In this document: positions 8,562-18,209 of the stretch, piece by piece
Position numbering within the stretch: the stretch's first letter is position 1
How the letters are laid out: the number at the start of each line of letters is the position of its first letter
Origin: Candidatus Melainabacteria bacterium 17Bon1m
GTDB taxonomy: Bacteria > Cyanobacteriota > Vampirovibrionia > Obscuribacterales > Obscuribacteraceae
Reading direction: 5' to 3'
DNA: 64,000 nt
NCBI GenBank assembly: GCA_032128875.1
Contig: JAVLKG010000004.1
Coordinates: 544,001 to 608,000 of the forward strand
Notes under the pieces: generated by a model
Database searches by the model: none
Told to the model about the DNA's origin: nothing
The model's input: only the letters and a program-made list of their open reading frames with translations
Translations under genes and position numbers: made by a program

Positions 8562-10610
8562 ATGGCTCCGCAATTTGAGCTAGTAGATCCTCGTGGTCAA
8601 AATTACGACTTGCAGCCTCCAGTTTCTAACAATGGATTGGTAACGCAAGTATTCGATGGCAGACAACCTCTCTGGGAGCGCAATACGCGTACAGTAGGGT
8701 ATGAAACTCAACCGCAGTATTTTCAGTTCGACGGTTCATTACGTGATTCGCGCTTAGACAAACAAAATGATTATCGAAATTCACAAACGTTCGATAATCC
8801 ATTTCTTCATTTGCAAAATGCACATGAAAAGGCATCTAAATATGGCGCGGAATCGGCAGTTCGCGATTACCAGTTGGCAATCAATGCCGCTGACAGAATC
8901 GATCAAAGACAAGTCTCTCGCGATATGCAAAATAACGAACGCGCAATTGAAGACAACGTGGCGCGGTTGTTGCGTTCTGGACGCATGGGTGCATCACGCG
9001 AACAAATTCAAGCTATAAAAGATGAACGTGTTGAACTCGAAAGAGAAAAACAATTCTTGGATAACATGCGATTGGCGCCGGTTTATGCTCGCGCAAATGC
9101 CGCATTTTGTTTCATCTCTAAAGGAAACGCTCAGCTGTTTGGCATAGGTGAGAATCTGCTCAATCAGGCGCTCAAGCTTAATCCTGAAATCGAAGGGAAT
9201 TACTATTTCAACGAGCATCGCGACCGCGCTTACAACAATCACAACCGACGAATGGCTGAAGCGCAGCGGCGCTACACACCTGGCTATCAACCGTTGTCTC
9301 CACGAAGCTCAAATCCTTATGAGATGCAAGGTCCGAATGATAGCCAGCCACCTCAACGGCAACCCGTAATTCAGCAAAGACCTCCGGAAAGACAAAGTCC
9401 ACAAAATCCTCAAAAACCGCCTGAGAGACAGAATCCGCAAATTCCGCAGAGACCTCCTGAACAACCAAATCTTCAAAAACCACCTGAACAACCAAAAACT
9501 CAGACACCACCAGAACAACCCAGAGCCCAAAGACCTCCCGAGCAAAATCCACCTGCTCAAAGACCTCCCGAACGACCTCCCACAAACAATCCTGAACCTT
9601 CGCAACCGGTCAAACCGTTTAACACTGCATTGCTTGCGCCAACAGGCGATCTCTATAGCCCGGCAGGACCTCCAGGATTGGGCGAGTCCGCACCTGGTGA
9701 AACATTTAGTGATGAAAAGGACGGCAAGGGCGGCTGGGATATCGACTGGCGCGAGCTTTCGAGTAAGAAAACCGATGCACAAGGTAACACTGTGTACAGC
9801 TATAAAGGCGAGATAGACGATTGCAACGGCTGGGTCCTGGGACTTGATGGCGACACAAATTTCACAGCGGAAGAAGTTGTCAGCGCATCAGGTCAATTGC
9901 TTCGCCGCGTGATGACCTATGATGGCAGCCTCACATACAAAGTGAAGACCGACAATGGTCCCCGCGAGATCAAGGACGTACACAAGATCACAACAACTTT
10001 TGATGAAACAACGAAGAAATTTGCGACAGAAATAGAGTGTGCTGACGGTGCAATTTATAAGGCAGAAACGGATCTAACCGGCAAAGTCACCAAATTTACC
10101 GAAGTGCAAACCAAGGTAAATTCCGAAGCGCCAGGAGTAAAACAAGCCAACGTCGGTAATTTCTCCAATAACGGCGACGTCTATCATGTGGCTCGACCAA
10201 TCGGAATCGGTGGCGCTGTTCCGGGATGGGCCGGTGGCGACAATGATGTTCTCGATTTCCGCAAAACGCAAGTGACACGCGCATCCAACGGCAACATCAC
10301 CTACAAATACGAAGGCGAGGTTGAAGATAGCTCAGGTTGGACACTCGGTATGAATGGTGACACCAACTTTGAAGGACAAGAAATACTCGGCGCTAACAAC
10401 AATTTTGTAAGCAGTTTCATCAAATACGGATCCGCTAAAGACATGAAGTTTGTCGGTGTGGGCGGACAGCCGTTCTCCGTTTCGAATGTTGTCGAAGTAC
10501 GCACCGGACGGGAATCCGACGGGAATTTCACGAGCACAGTGAAAGATTCCAAAGGCACAGTTTGGACTATCAAGTTCAATGCTGACGGTACAGTCACGGA
10601 ATTTAAGTAA
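8562..10610 (+). CDS. Large hypothetical protein: helical/TPR-like N-terminus, Pro/Gln linker, duplicated C-terminal beta domain
   Basis: 682-aa ORF with SD GAGGGA; LNQALKLNP TPR-like helix; internal repeats described under findings. Confidence 0.8.
   Translation: MAPQFELVDPRGQNYDLQPPVSNNGLVTQVFDGRQPLWERNTRTVGYETQPQYFQFDGSLRDSRLDKQNDYRNSQTFDNPFLHLQNAHEKASKYGAESAVRDYQLAINAADRIDQRQVSRDMQNNERAIEDNVARLLRSGRMGASREQIQAIKDERVELEREKQFLDNMRLAPVYARANAAFCFISKGNAQLFGIGENLLNQALKLNPEIEGNYYFNEHRDRAYNNHNRRMAEAQRRYTPGYQPLSPRSSNPYEMQGPNDSQPPQRQPVIQQRPPERQSPQNPQKPPERQNPQIPQRPPEQPNLQKPPEQPKTQTPPEQPRAQRPPEQNPPAQRPPERPPTNNPEPSQPVKPFNTALLAPTGDLYSPAGPPGLGESAPGETFSDEKDGKGGWDIDWRELSSKKTDAQGNTVYSYKGEIDDCNGWVLGLDGDTNFTAEEVVSASGQLLRRVMTYDGSLTYKVKTDNGPREIKDVHKITTTFDETTKKFATEIECADGAIYKAETDLTGKVTKFTEVQTKVNSEAPGVKQANVGNFSNNGDVYHVARPIGIGGAVPGWAGGDNDVLDFRKTQVTRASNGNITYKYEGEVEDSSGWTLGMNGDTNFEGQEILGANNNFVSSFIKYGSAKDMKFVGVGGQPFSVSNVVEVRTGRESDGNFTSTVKDSKGTVWTIKFNADGTVTEFK
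9375..9575 (+). repeat. Coding repeat Q[RKT]PPE[RQ] x7
   Basis: QRPPER, QKPPER, QRPPEQ, QKPPEQ, QTPPEQ, QRPPEQ and QRPPER in the translation. Confidence 0.9.
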
Positions 10611-10657
10611 AACGTTGAAGTCTAGGAACAAGCTACCAACTGCGAGGAATCTCTACT

Positions 10658-10765
10658 ATGATTAATCCTTGGATACCGAGTTTTTTGTTGTGTATTGCGT
10701 TCCTAATAGTCTTCAAAGTGACCATGGATGTCTTGCTCAGCAAAGAAGCCAGTGAGAAAACATAG
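10658..10765 (+). CDS. Small single-TM protein (35 aa), not in the ORF track
   Basis: MINPWIPSFLLCIAFLIVFKVTMDVLLSKEASEKT*; SD GAGGA at 10644-10648; stop lies 8 nt before the next gene. Confidence 0.55.
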   Translation: MINPWIPSFLLCIAFLIVFKVTMDVLLSKEASEKT

Positions 10766-10773
10766 AGCAAGCA

Positions 10774-11475
10774 GTGCCAACAAAATCTAAGTCCGGAGAG
10801 TTGAATGCGAAAGCTCTGGCCAAGCACAAAAAGAGATTTTTGCGCTTCTTCCCCAGAGCTTTTAAAGATCAGCGTTATATAGACTGGGAAGTTACGTACA
10901 AGATGACCGCTCACAATTTGTGGGAGGAATTGCTCGGCGAAGATAAATTTCGCTCACTGTTGCGCAGCCGTGATTATGAGGAAATAGCCAGTCGTGCGCT
11001 GAGAGTAGAGGCGAAAACAAATTTTCTATTCTCCTTTGAAAAGATGGCATTGCGCGACGGGGTAAAAACTCGAGAAGGTGCTCGTTCATTCTCGGAAGGG
11101 TTGTTTCAACTGCTGCACGAGCGAGATCCGCTCAAGGAGCGCTTTGTACAGTGGATTGTTTCGGTGGCAGAATTGCCGCGAGTTAAATCACGCGTGCTTT
11201 CTTGGCCCGTAGTGACACTTTTTCCATTCATTGCTCAACCCTGGAATCACATCATCATGAAACCAACTGCGATGCGAAACGCCGCAGATGAGCTTGGTTA
11301 TGACCTTGATTATTCCTCAAAGCCTAATTTTGGAACCTACGAACGTCTACTGCACCTTTCGGAATTGATAAAACAAGACATTTCTGATTTAAAGCCAAAA
11401 GATCACATGGACACTCAGGCTTTTCTCTGGGTAATTGGTTCTTCAGAATATGAGCACTTAAGTCCGGATGACTAA
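10774..11475 (+). CDS. Conserved-looking hypothetical protein
   Basis: 233-aa ORF with GTG start, globular composition, and SWPVVTLFPF and D.MDTQAFLWV motifs; function not recognised. Confidence 0.75.
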   Translation: MPTKSKSGELNAKALAKHKKRFLRFFPRAFKDQRYIDWEVTYKMTAHNLWEELLGEDKFRSLLRSRDYEEIASRALRVEAKTNFLFSFEKMALRDGVKTREGARSFSEGLFQLLHERDPLKERFVQWIVSVAELPRVKSRVLSWPVVTLFPFIAQPWNHIIMKPTAMRNAADELGYDLDYSSKPNFGTYERLLHLSELIKQDISDLKPKDHMDTQAFLWVIGSSEYEHLSPDD

Positions 11476-11535
11476 AGTCCGGAATAATCTGGTCCGGATT
11501 TTCGAGTTCTGAGGTCTAGAGTTCGGCACTTACTT

Positions 11536-12408
11536 CTACAGTAAACGCCATTTTTTATCGTGCTCCAATGTCTCATGCGTGGTGCTAGGCATCTCCTCGA
11601 CACCAAACAACCTAAATCCGCCTCTAAATGCGGTCTGATTGTGTCCACGCCTGACACCCGGCGGCAGCGCGCCCAGGATTTTTGCGTTCCCTCCGCCGAC
11701 AACTATGTAGTCTGCATTGAAGGATTTTATTGAACTGTTGATAAACGCCCAAGCAATCTTGCGCCACCTTTTTCTGCCGAGTTTTTTAAGCGCACGCCTG
11801 CCGAGCATCTCGCCCGATGTGGCTTTGTCATTCCATCGAATATTGCCGAGTTCCAGAGAGATTACTGTACTGTGGCAAATCAGGGTCGAACCAAGCCCGG
11901 TGCCGAATCCGAGAAACAACATTCGCCCGCCTTCATAGCTGCCGAGTGCTTGCATGGCAGCGTCGTTCATTATCTTGACAGGCATTCCGAATGCCGCCTG
12001 AAAGTCAAAAGCTACCCAACCGGGCCCGAGATTTCCTGGCTCGGATAACGGTCCATTAGGACCAGTGAGACCAGGATATCCAATGGAAACGCAATTGTAT
12101 TGCCAGTCTTGCGTATATTCTTTTACCTGCTCAACAAACTCTGGCGGTGTCATATCTTTCGAAGAAGGAAACTTTCTTGGTTGCGTTTCACCATTCAAAA
12201 GCAATTTTACGTTGGTTCCACCAATATCAATCGCCAATACCTTTCTCGCTTCGAGATCATCTGCCGTAACGTTTTTGGTAATCTGAGCAACGCTCTTCGA
12301 TTCCGCTTTGTGTTTAACCCTGGTGCGCGCTGACGCTTTTGGCTTTTTTGCCTTTGGCGCAGGTTTGGACACCGATTTGGCGGCCTCTTTAGGATTTCTT
12401 TTGGGCAT
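11536..12408 (-). CDS. ROK family sugar kinase (polyphosphate glucokinase-like) with Lys/Ala-rich N-terminal extension
   Basis: LAIDIGGTNVK, NDAAMQALG, LGFGTGLGS and VVGGGNA motifs. Confidence 0.88.
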   Translation of the reverse strand: MPKRNPKEAAKSVSKPAPKAKKPKASARTRVKHKAESKSVAQITKNVTADDLEARKVLAIDIGGTNVKLLLNGETQPRKFPSSKDMTPPEFVEQVKEYTQDWQYNCVSIGYPGLTGPNGPLSEPGNLGPGWVAFDFQAAFGMPVKIMNDAAMQALGSYEGGRMLFLGFGTGLGSTLICHSTVISLELGNIRWNDKATSGEMLGRRALKKLGRKRWRKIAWAFINSSIKSFNADYIVVGGGNAKILGALPPGVRRGHNQTAFRGGFRLFGVEEMPSTTHETLEHDKKWRLL

Positions 12409-12499
12409 GTCGAGTTTCCTTACCGAGTGACTTAAACACTGGCAGGACGACTGAAAAAAACCGATGTAGTTCCCGCGTTAGCTGTCCGAATAATTGACC

Positions 12500-12787
12500 T
12501 TACCGTTTTCTATTTTTGTGCTCTTTGTACTTTTCTTTTGCTGCGTGCAAACCCAGTCGAGTACCAGCACCAGTTGCGGCTCCAGTGGCTACACTGTTTC
12601 CTAAAAGCACCGCGCCGACACCGCCCGTGGCCGCGCCGACACCGCCTATCAGAAGCACTTTCTTAAGCCGCTTGTGTCGGTGGAAGAAACCGGGCCGATC
12701 GTCTGAATGCTTCGCATGCGCAATAGAGACAGTAGTACCTGCGAACATCGTCATGCAACAAATGATTGTTATTGTTTTGCGCAACAT
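12500..12787 (-). CDS. Small exported cationic glycine-zipper protein
   Basis: ATG at 12787 with SD GGGGGA; signal peptide ending AHA; GGVGAATGGVGAVLLG..ATGAATGAG. Confidence 0.7.
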   Translation of the reverse strand: MLRKTITIICCMTMFAGTTVSIAHAKHSDDRPGFFHRHKRLKKVLLIGGVGAATGGVGAVLLGNSVATGAATGAGTRLGLHAAKEKYKEHKNRKR

Positions 12788-12875
12788 GGTTGATTCCCCC
12801 AAACCCACGCTGCTGCCTTGCTTTTAGACCGCCTGCAAGCCCGCTCGGTTCCCAAATGTACTTGTTGAAACGCTA

Positions 12876-14054
12876 CTATTGCGGCAGGCTTTCAAAACCC
12901 ATGGCTTCAATCTCGCCAGGTGTCGGGTATTCATCTACTTCAAACCGTTTTGGATAGCAATTGATTTCTTTAAGCTTGCCATTCAAAACGGCTGTTGCTC
13001 TGCTCCAAGAGCAGATTGATTCCGGCTCATCACCATCTCCGAAAAATATGAAATCAGCCTTTGGCAGTAAGCAAGGAAGCAAATCCTTTCCCACATAGCT
13101 CGACGAAAAAGGATTTTGGCGGTCATCCGAAAATTTGTATTTGGAAACAAATCTCTTGCCGGTAAGATGCTCGAAGCGAGCGTCAAGATCCGCCTTCTGT
13201 GCGCCGTACAGGCGATTGAGATATTCGAGTTCCAAGCTCCTGAATTCATTGCGCATTGGATGACCTTCGGGCAATGTATAAGGATGATAGTATTCGTCAA
13301 CCAACTTAAGCAAAATTGGGGGGAGCGAACCTGGCTGCCCTTGAAGTTCTTTGACGGCATTAAGAGTGTGCCGCATGCCGAAATTACACTCGCTGCCTGT
13401 GATAAAGAGGTGGTCGCGGTGCGGCACCATTACCAGCGTGTCTCCTAGTACAGGCAGGTCTGCCATGATGTTTGTAAACACAGCTCGTGCCGAACTGTAA
13501 GAATCGCTAGCCGAAAAGAAGTGACAGCAGTCACTCTTGTTGTTGTCGCTTCTGTATGTGTCAAAGGCAAATTCGGTCAACTGAGCCAGCTGCCTGTGCG
13601 CAATTGAGAATGCGTCATCGAATGAAACATTCCAGCACTCGAGAATATCGTTGTCGACGTAGAGAATGTTGTCGGGCATGTCGTAAGCTAATGTGGCGGA
13701 GAAATGCTCTCCGAAATCGATTCTCGTGTATTTATCGTCCTCGAAAAACCAGCGCTCCTTAACCTGGATACGCAACTGAGGACGCGCTTCTTCGAAGTTT
13801 CTTGGAAAATCGAGTTGACCTGTCAACCCGACAATTTGGTTGAGTATCTTGGACTGTGTACTCTCATCTCCGGAAATATAGCGATCGAAAAAATTTGCCA
13901 AATAGATTGTGTTGAGCGGTCGCCCGAGTCCGTCTTTCACAACCAGCGAATAACGTGCGTGATCGAGCGATAGAGAGCTCTCATCGACTCCACTCTTCAC
14001 CAAAGCATCGGCTGCAAGGACAGCAAAATCTTCTTGCGAAATGTTATTAGTCAT
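12876..14054 (-). CDS. DUF1444/YtpQ-like protein
   Basis: IYLANFF..Y, LAYDMPD...WNVSFDDAF..A, DSYSSAR and MVPHRDHLFITG pattern recalled for this family. Confidence 0.6.
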   Translation of the reverse strand: MTNNISQEDFAVLAADALVKSGVDESSLSLDHARYSLVVKDGLGRPLNTIYLANFFDRYISGDESTQSKILNQIVGLTGQLDFPRNFEEARPQLRIQVKERWFFEDDKYTRIDFGEHFSATLAYDMPDNILYVDNDILECWNVSFDDAFSIAHRQLAQLTEFAFDTYRSDNNKSDCCHFFSASDSYSSARAVFTNIMADLPVLGDTLVMVPHRDHLFITGSECNFGMRHTLNAVKELQGQPGSLPPILLKLVDEYYHPYTLPEGHPMRNEFRSLELEYLNRLYGAQKADLDARFEHLTGKRFVSKYKFSDDRQNPFSSSYVGKDLLPCLLPKADFIFFGDGDEPESICSWSRATAVLNGKLKEINCYPKRFEVDEYPTPGEIEAMGFESLPQ

Positions 14055-14107
14055 TGCCGATATTTCATCCTAATTTGATACCGAATTTAACAACGCGAAG
14101 AGCGATC

Positions 14108-15811
14108 CTACTTAGATTGAATTTTTGCCGCTTTGAGCAAACTGTTTAAATGGTCTTCGATAGGGCCCAGCTTAGCGGGCTGTCCGCGGAATCCAATATA
14201 TCCATCCGGGCGTACTAAATACAGACATTCAGAGTCGGCAAAATAAGTCTGATGAACTGCCAAGTCGGGGTCCAAAAACACTTTGCCTGGAAAGCGCAAT
14301 GTGGGCATCTTGCTGCTGGCAACAATGAGATGGCAGGTAACCAAACCACCAAATTGCTCACCAATCGACCAGGCGATTTTCTCGAGATTGCGATAACCGG
14401 CATCGGTCGGCTTCCCATCTAATAAAAGCAAGTTGTGCGAAATTCCACGCATTGCTTCATAAATGCGAATCGGGTTCATGTCCTGATCGACCATCACCGC
14501 ATCTGGTGCCCTATCGCCTGGCATCGGTCCGCGCGCAAATTCAATGTAACCAGGCAGGCTTGGCTTTTCAGAGTCCTCGCCCGGTGCGATTTGTATTTCT
14601 GCCAATCCTCGTTTTTCGCCTACAATCGGACTGTTTCGGTAGTTGACCGCAAGCATCGAGCCCACCTTGCGCATTCTATGTTGAATAACTTCTTGTTGCG
14701 TCAAGAAGGACATCACGTGATTGCGAATCTGCTGTGCTAAAGGATTCTTCAAGGTCGCTACTGTTGTGGCAATATCAGTGCCTTTCAAAAGTTCTTGCCC
14801 GACTGGATGGCGCTCCTCGTTGTAGCTATCTAAAAGTTTGTCATCACCATTACCACGAATTACCAGCGCAAGTTTCCACGCTAAGTTGAAGGCATCCTGC
14901 ATGCCTGTGTTCATGCCTTGACCACCAATCGGGCTGTGAATATGAGCAGAATCGCCTGCGAGGAAAACTCTACCTACTCGATATTTCGAGACGCTTCTTT
15001 GATGAATTGTGAACCAGGCGAGCCAAAGAGGATCGTGCAATTTGATATTGCCGGGACCTCGGCGATCTGCAAAAACCTGCATGTCTGCGAGACTTGGAGC
15101 ATCTCCAACTACCTGCGATGCAGGCACGTTGACTACGATACGAAAACGTTTTTTGCCCAGAGGAAAGAAAACAAAGGCACCATCTTCATGGAAGAAAGTT
15201 GAAATCTCGTCATCAGGAAGATCTGAATTCACCAGGCAATCTATTAGGCCGAAACGCTCTTCATACGCACTTCCTTCGAATGGAAGTTCGAGTACTTTTC
15301 GAACTGTGCTGTGAGAACCATCGGTGCCAATCAACCACTGCGCCACAACTCCCTCTTCCTTGCCTTGCGAGTTCTTCAAGGTTGCTGTAATGCCGCTTTT
15401 GCCCTGGCTGAATTTGGTCAGTTCAACACCACGCTCTATGACTCCGCCTTTGCTGATGAAATGTTCCGTCAGCAATCTTTCAGTTTCAGTTTGCGGAATC
15501 ATTAGAGAAAAAGGAAATGGCGAATCAAGCTCAGACATGTCCAGGTGCACGATTCGCTCGCCTTGGTGATAGAGGCTCGCACCGTATGCTGGACATCCCC
15601 TTTCCAGAAATCGCTCGACAATGCCCATGCTTTCAAGGATTTCGAGTGTTCTTGCGTGCAATACCAAAGCACGCGACTTGTCTCCAGGTACTGGCGCCTT
15701 GTCAATCAGACGACAGGCGACTCCGTGCCTTTGCAATTCACACGCCAGCATCAGACCTGTAGGCCCAGCTCCAACGACAAGTACTGGCTTCTCTTGACTT
15801 TCGGGCGACAT
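14108..15811 (-). CDS. FAD-dependent monooxygenase (PheA/TfdB-like aromatic hydroxylase)
   Basis: GAGPTG, DG motif (GTDGSHS), GD motif (LAGDSAHIHSPIGGQGMNTG) and C-terminal LVRPDGYI. Confidence 0.92.
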   Translation of the reverse strand: MSPESQEKPVLVVGAGPTGLMLACELQRHGVACRLIDKAPVPGDKSRALVLHARTLEILESMGIVERFLERGCPAYGASLYHQGERIVHLDMSELDSPFPFSLMIPQTETERLLTEHFISKGGVIERGVELTKFSQGKSGITATLKNSQGKEEGVVAQWLIGTDGSHSTVRKVLELPFEGSAYEERFGLIDCLVNSDLPDDEISTFFHEDGAFVFFPLGKKRFRIVVNVPASQVVGDAPSLADMQVFADRRGPGNIKLHDPLWLAWFTIHQRSVSKYRVGRVFLAGDSAHIHSPIGGQGMNTGMQDAFNLAWKLALVIRGNGDDKLLDSYNEERHPVGQELLKGTDIATTVATLKNPLAQQIRNHVMSFLTQQEVIQHRMRKVGSMLAVNYRNSPIVGEKRGLAEIQIAPGEDSEKPSLPGYIEFARGPMPGDRAPDAVMVDQDMNPIRIYEAMRGISHNLLLLDGKPTDAGYRNLEKIAWSIGEQFGGLVTCHLIVASSKMPTLRFPGKVFLDPDLAVHQTYFADSECLYLVRPDGYIGFRGQPAKLGPIEDHLNSLLKAAKIQSK

Positions 15812-15840
15812 AAACTACCCTCCCAGCGACATCGCCAATT

Positions 15841-17469
15841 CTAGACCAGTTCTGATTCTTCGACCGCAATTTCTTTAAGAAGTTCAGGTGGCAGGTAGGA
15901 ATTCACAAAGTGCCTTACTGCTATTGGATTTGGAGCGATATGAAAAGCGTTTACCTTCTCTTCAACCAAACGGTCCGACACGGTTACTCGCTCGTGCTGC
16001 CGCATGTGCTCGGCCCACGATTCGACCAAGAATGTTTCCAATTGTCTTTGCGGGTTGCCTACGTCGCTAAATAAATGCCACTGGAATGCACCGTCGCGCC
16101 GCCTTTGAACGCTGAGCTCCGACATTGCTTCTGTGAATTCTGTCAGTTTGGTCGGATCGATTATGTATTCGCATGTGATTAAAACCGGACCATGGTTTGG
16201 ATGTGGCTCATGAACAAGCTTCGGATCGCTCCAGTGATCGGACATTGTTGTGTCGATCATCTCGGCAATTCCCAGGGGAAAAGGTCGGCACAAGAAAACG
16301 CTTGCAGTAAGAAGACCTGACGCCACAAGTAAGGGAATGTCGAGTCCTGCGTACTGCGCAATTTGTCCCCACATAGCGCTTGTAATTGCAAAAGTGCCAA
16401 GGAATACCAAGATGTGAAACGCCAGAGCGCGTGCTCTAACCCAGGCGGGTGAAGCTTTCTGCGCACCCATGCTGAACATGGAGTTGACAATGATCCACGA
16501 GATGCCGGCACCAACCATAAACAGCGCTGCCGTCACCAAATTTTGCGCATAAGCAAGACCCAGCAATGCTGCAGCGAAAAGCAACTTACCAAAACCGGTT
16601 ACTTGATCGAGTGAGATTACACTGCGCAGCCGCGGCAAAATGGCGGCTCCAATCAGTGTTCCTACACCAAATATCGCCAACAAAATGCCATACCCCAGAG
16701 AGTCAAGGTGCAATTCTTTCCTGGCAATAAGCGGCAGTAGAGCCCACATCGCACTCGTACATGCACCATACGAGCCCGAGCGGACCAGTACTGCCTTGAG
16801 TGCCGGCGAATGACTCACGAAGCGAAAACCCGCTCTTACTGCGCCGGTCATGCGTTCTCGGTGTCGCGTGGGTGGCTTGGCTACTGGTTTCCAATTGAAG
16901 AAGACAAAGAGCACACCGACAAAACTAACCGCATTCAAAATGAAGACAGGACCAGGTCCTAGCGCCGCCACAGCCAATCCGCCCAGCGCAGACCCTACAC
17001 CTCTGGCAGCGTTATATCCAACACCGCCCAAAGCAATCGCCGGTTCGAGCTTTTCTTTCGGAACCAATTCCGGAATTGCAGCATTCCACGCCGGACCGGT
17101 AATGGCACCGCCCACCGCTAACATGAATGTCAAACCGAGCAACACCCAGGCATTTACCAGCCCATAAATGGAAAGCACCCCCAGCGCAAGAGAGGAGGCA
17201 AGCATCCAAAACTGCCCGATGATGAGCAACTTGCGCTTGTCTACAACATCAGCAAATGCGCCTGAAGGAATGGCCAGAATGAAAAACGGCAGGTAGGCAG
17301 CCGTTTGCAAAAGCGCGACTTTCAGCGGATCGGGCGCAATCGAAGTCATGAGCCATGCGGACCCGACTTCCTGCATGAAACTGCCGACGTTGGAAACAAC
17401 GGCGGCAATCCATAGTGCTTTGTAGACTGGCTCGCCCAGCGGCGACCACATAGATCGCGCAGTGCTCAC
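15841..17469 (-). CDS. MFS_3 transporter with C-terminal soluble alpha/beta domain
   Basis: About 12 TM segments, GAFADVVDKRK, and C-terminal RRRDGAFQW...SWAEHMRQHER. Confidence 0.9.
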   Translation of the reverse strand: MSTARSMWSPLGEPVYKALWIAAVVSNVGSFMQEVGSAWLMTSIAPDPLKVALLQTAAYLPFFILAIPSGAFADVVDKRKLLIIGQFWMLASSLALGVLSIYGLVNAWVLLGLTFMLAVGGAITGPAWNAAIPELVPKEKLEPAIALGGVGYNAARGVGSALGGLAVAALGPGPVFILNAVSFVGVLFVFFNWKPVAKPPTRHRERMTGAVRAGFRFVSHSPALKAVLVRSGSYGACTSAMWALLPLIARKELHLDSLGYGILLAIFGVGTLIGAAILPRLRSVISLDQVTGFGKLLFAAALLGLAYAQNLVTAALFMVGAGISWIIVNSMFSMGAQKASPAWVRARALAFHILVFLGTFAITSAMWGQIAQYAGLDIPLLVASGLLTASVFLCRPFPLGIAEMIDTTMSDHWSDPKLVHEPHPNHGPVLITCEYIIDPTKLTEFTEAMSELSVQRRRDGAFQWHLFSDVGNPQRQLETFLVESWAEHMRQHERVTVSDRLVEEKVNAFHIAPNPIAVRHFVNSYLPPELLKEIAVEESELV

Positions 17470-17474
17470 GTGTT

Positions 17475-18209
17475 TTACTTCGCTTTAAATACCGACTTGA
17501 AGAATTTTGCGATCGGATCGTAAAACTCATCTACCACTCTTTCCTTCATCGGAATGATGGCATTGTCAGTGATGTGAATGTCTTCCGGGCAGACTTCCGT
17601 GCAGCACTTTGTGATGTTGCAGAAGCCGATTCCGGCATCTTCTTTGACCATCTTCAGGCGGTTGGCATCATCAACCGGGTGCATTTCCAACCCGGCCAAT
17701 CTGACCATGAAGCGCGGTCCGTAGAAGCCGTCTTTGCGATTGTGATCGCGCAGAACGTGACAGACGTTTTGGCAAAGGAAACATTCGATGCACTTGCGAA
17801 ACTCTTGCACGCGCTCGATGTCTTCTTGATAGACAACCCAGTTGTGACCGGGCTTTGGAGTGAAGGGAACGATCTTTTTGTTCACTTCGTAGTTCCAAGA
17901 AACATCAGCAACCAGATCTTTCACATGCGGAAATGTTTTGATTGGTTGAACAGTGATTTCTTCGCCTGGTTCAAACTTGTCCATGCGTGATTTGCACAGA
18001 AGCGATGGTCTACCGTTTACTTCAGCGGAGCAAGAACCGCATTTTGCAGCTTTGCAATTCCAGCGCACGGCGATTGAAGGATCAACATTTTGCTGAATCC
18101 AGTGAATGGCGTCGAGAACAACCATTCCTTCTTCAATCGGCACTTTGTAATTTTCGAAAGTACCGCTGTCCTTTTCGCCTCGGAATACTTTCAAATTAGC
18201 TTCAGCCAT
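17475..18209 (-). CDS. sdhB: Succinate dehydrogenase/fumarate reductase iron-sulfur subunit
   Basis: CKAAKCGSC..C, CIECFLCQNVC and CNITKCCTEVCP cluster motifs. Confidence 0.95.
   Translation of the reverse strand: MAEANLKVFRGEKDSGTFENYKVPIEEGMVVLDAIHWIQQNVDPSIAVRWNCKAAKCGSCSAEVNGRPSLLCKSRMDKFEPGEEITVQPIKTFPHVKDLVADVSWNYEVNKKIVPFTPKPGHNWVVYQEDIERVQEFRKCIECFLCQNVCHVLRDHNRKDGFYGPRFMVRLAGLEMHPVDDANRLKMVKEDAGIGFCNITKCCTEVCPEDIHITDNAIIPMKERVVDEFYDPIAKFFKSVFKAK

Noticed and set aside
11461-11500. GTCCGGA three times at a convergent gene junction
   Set aside because: Very short and irregularly spaced; at most a weak terminator hairpin.
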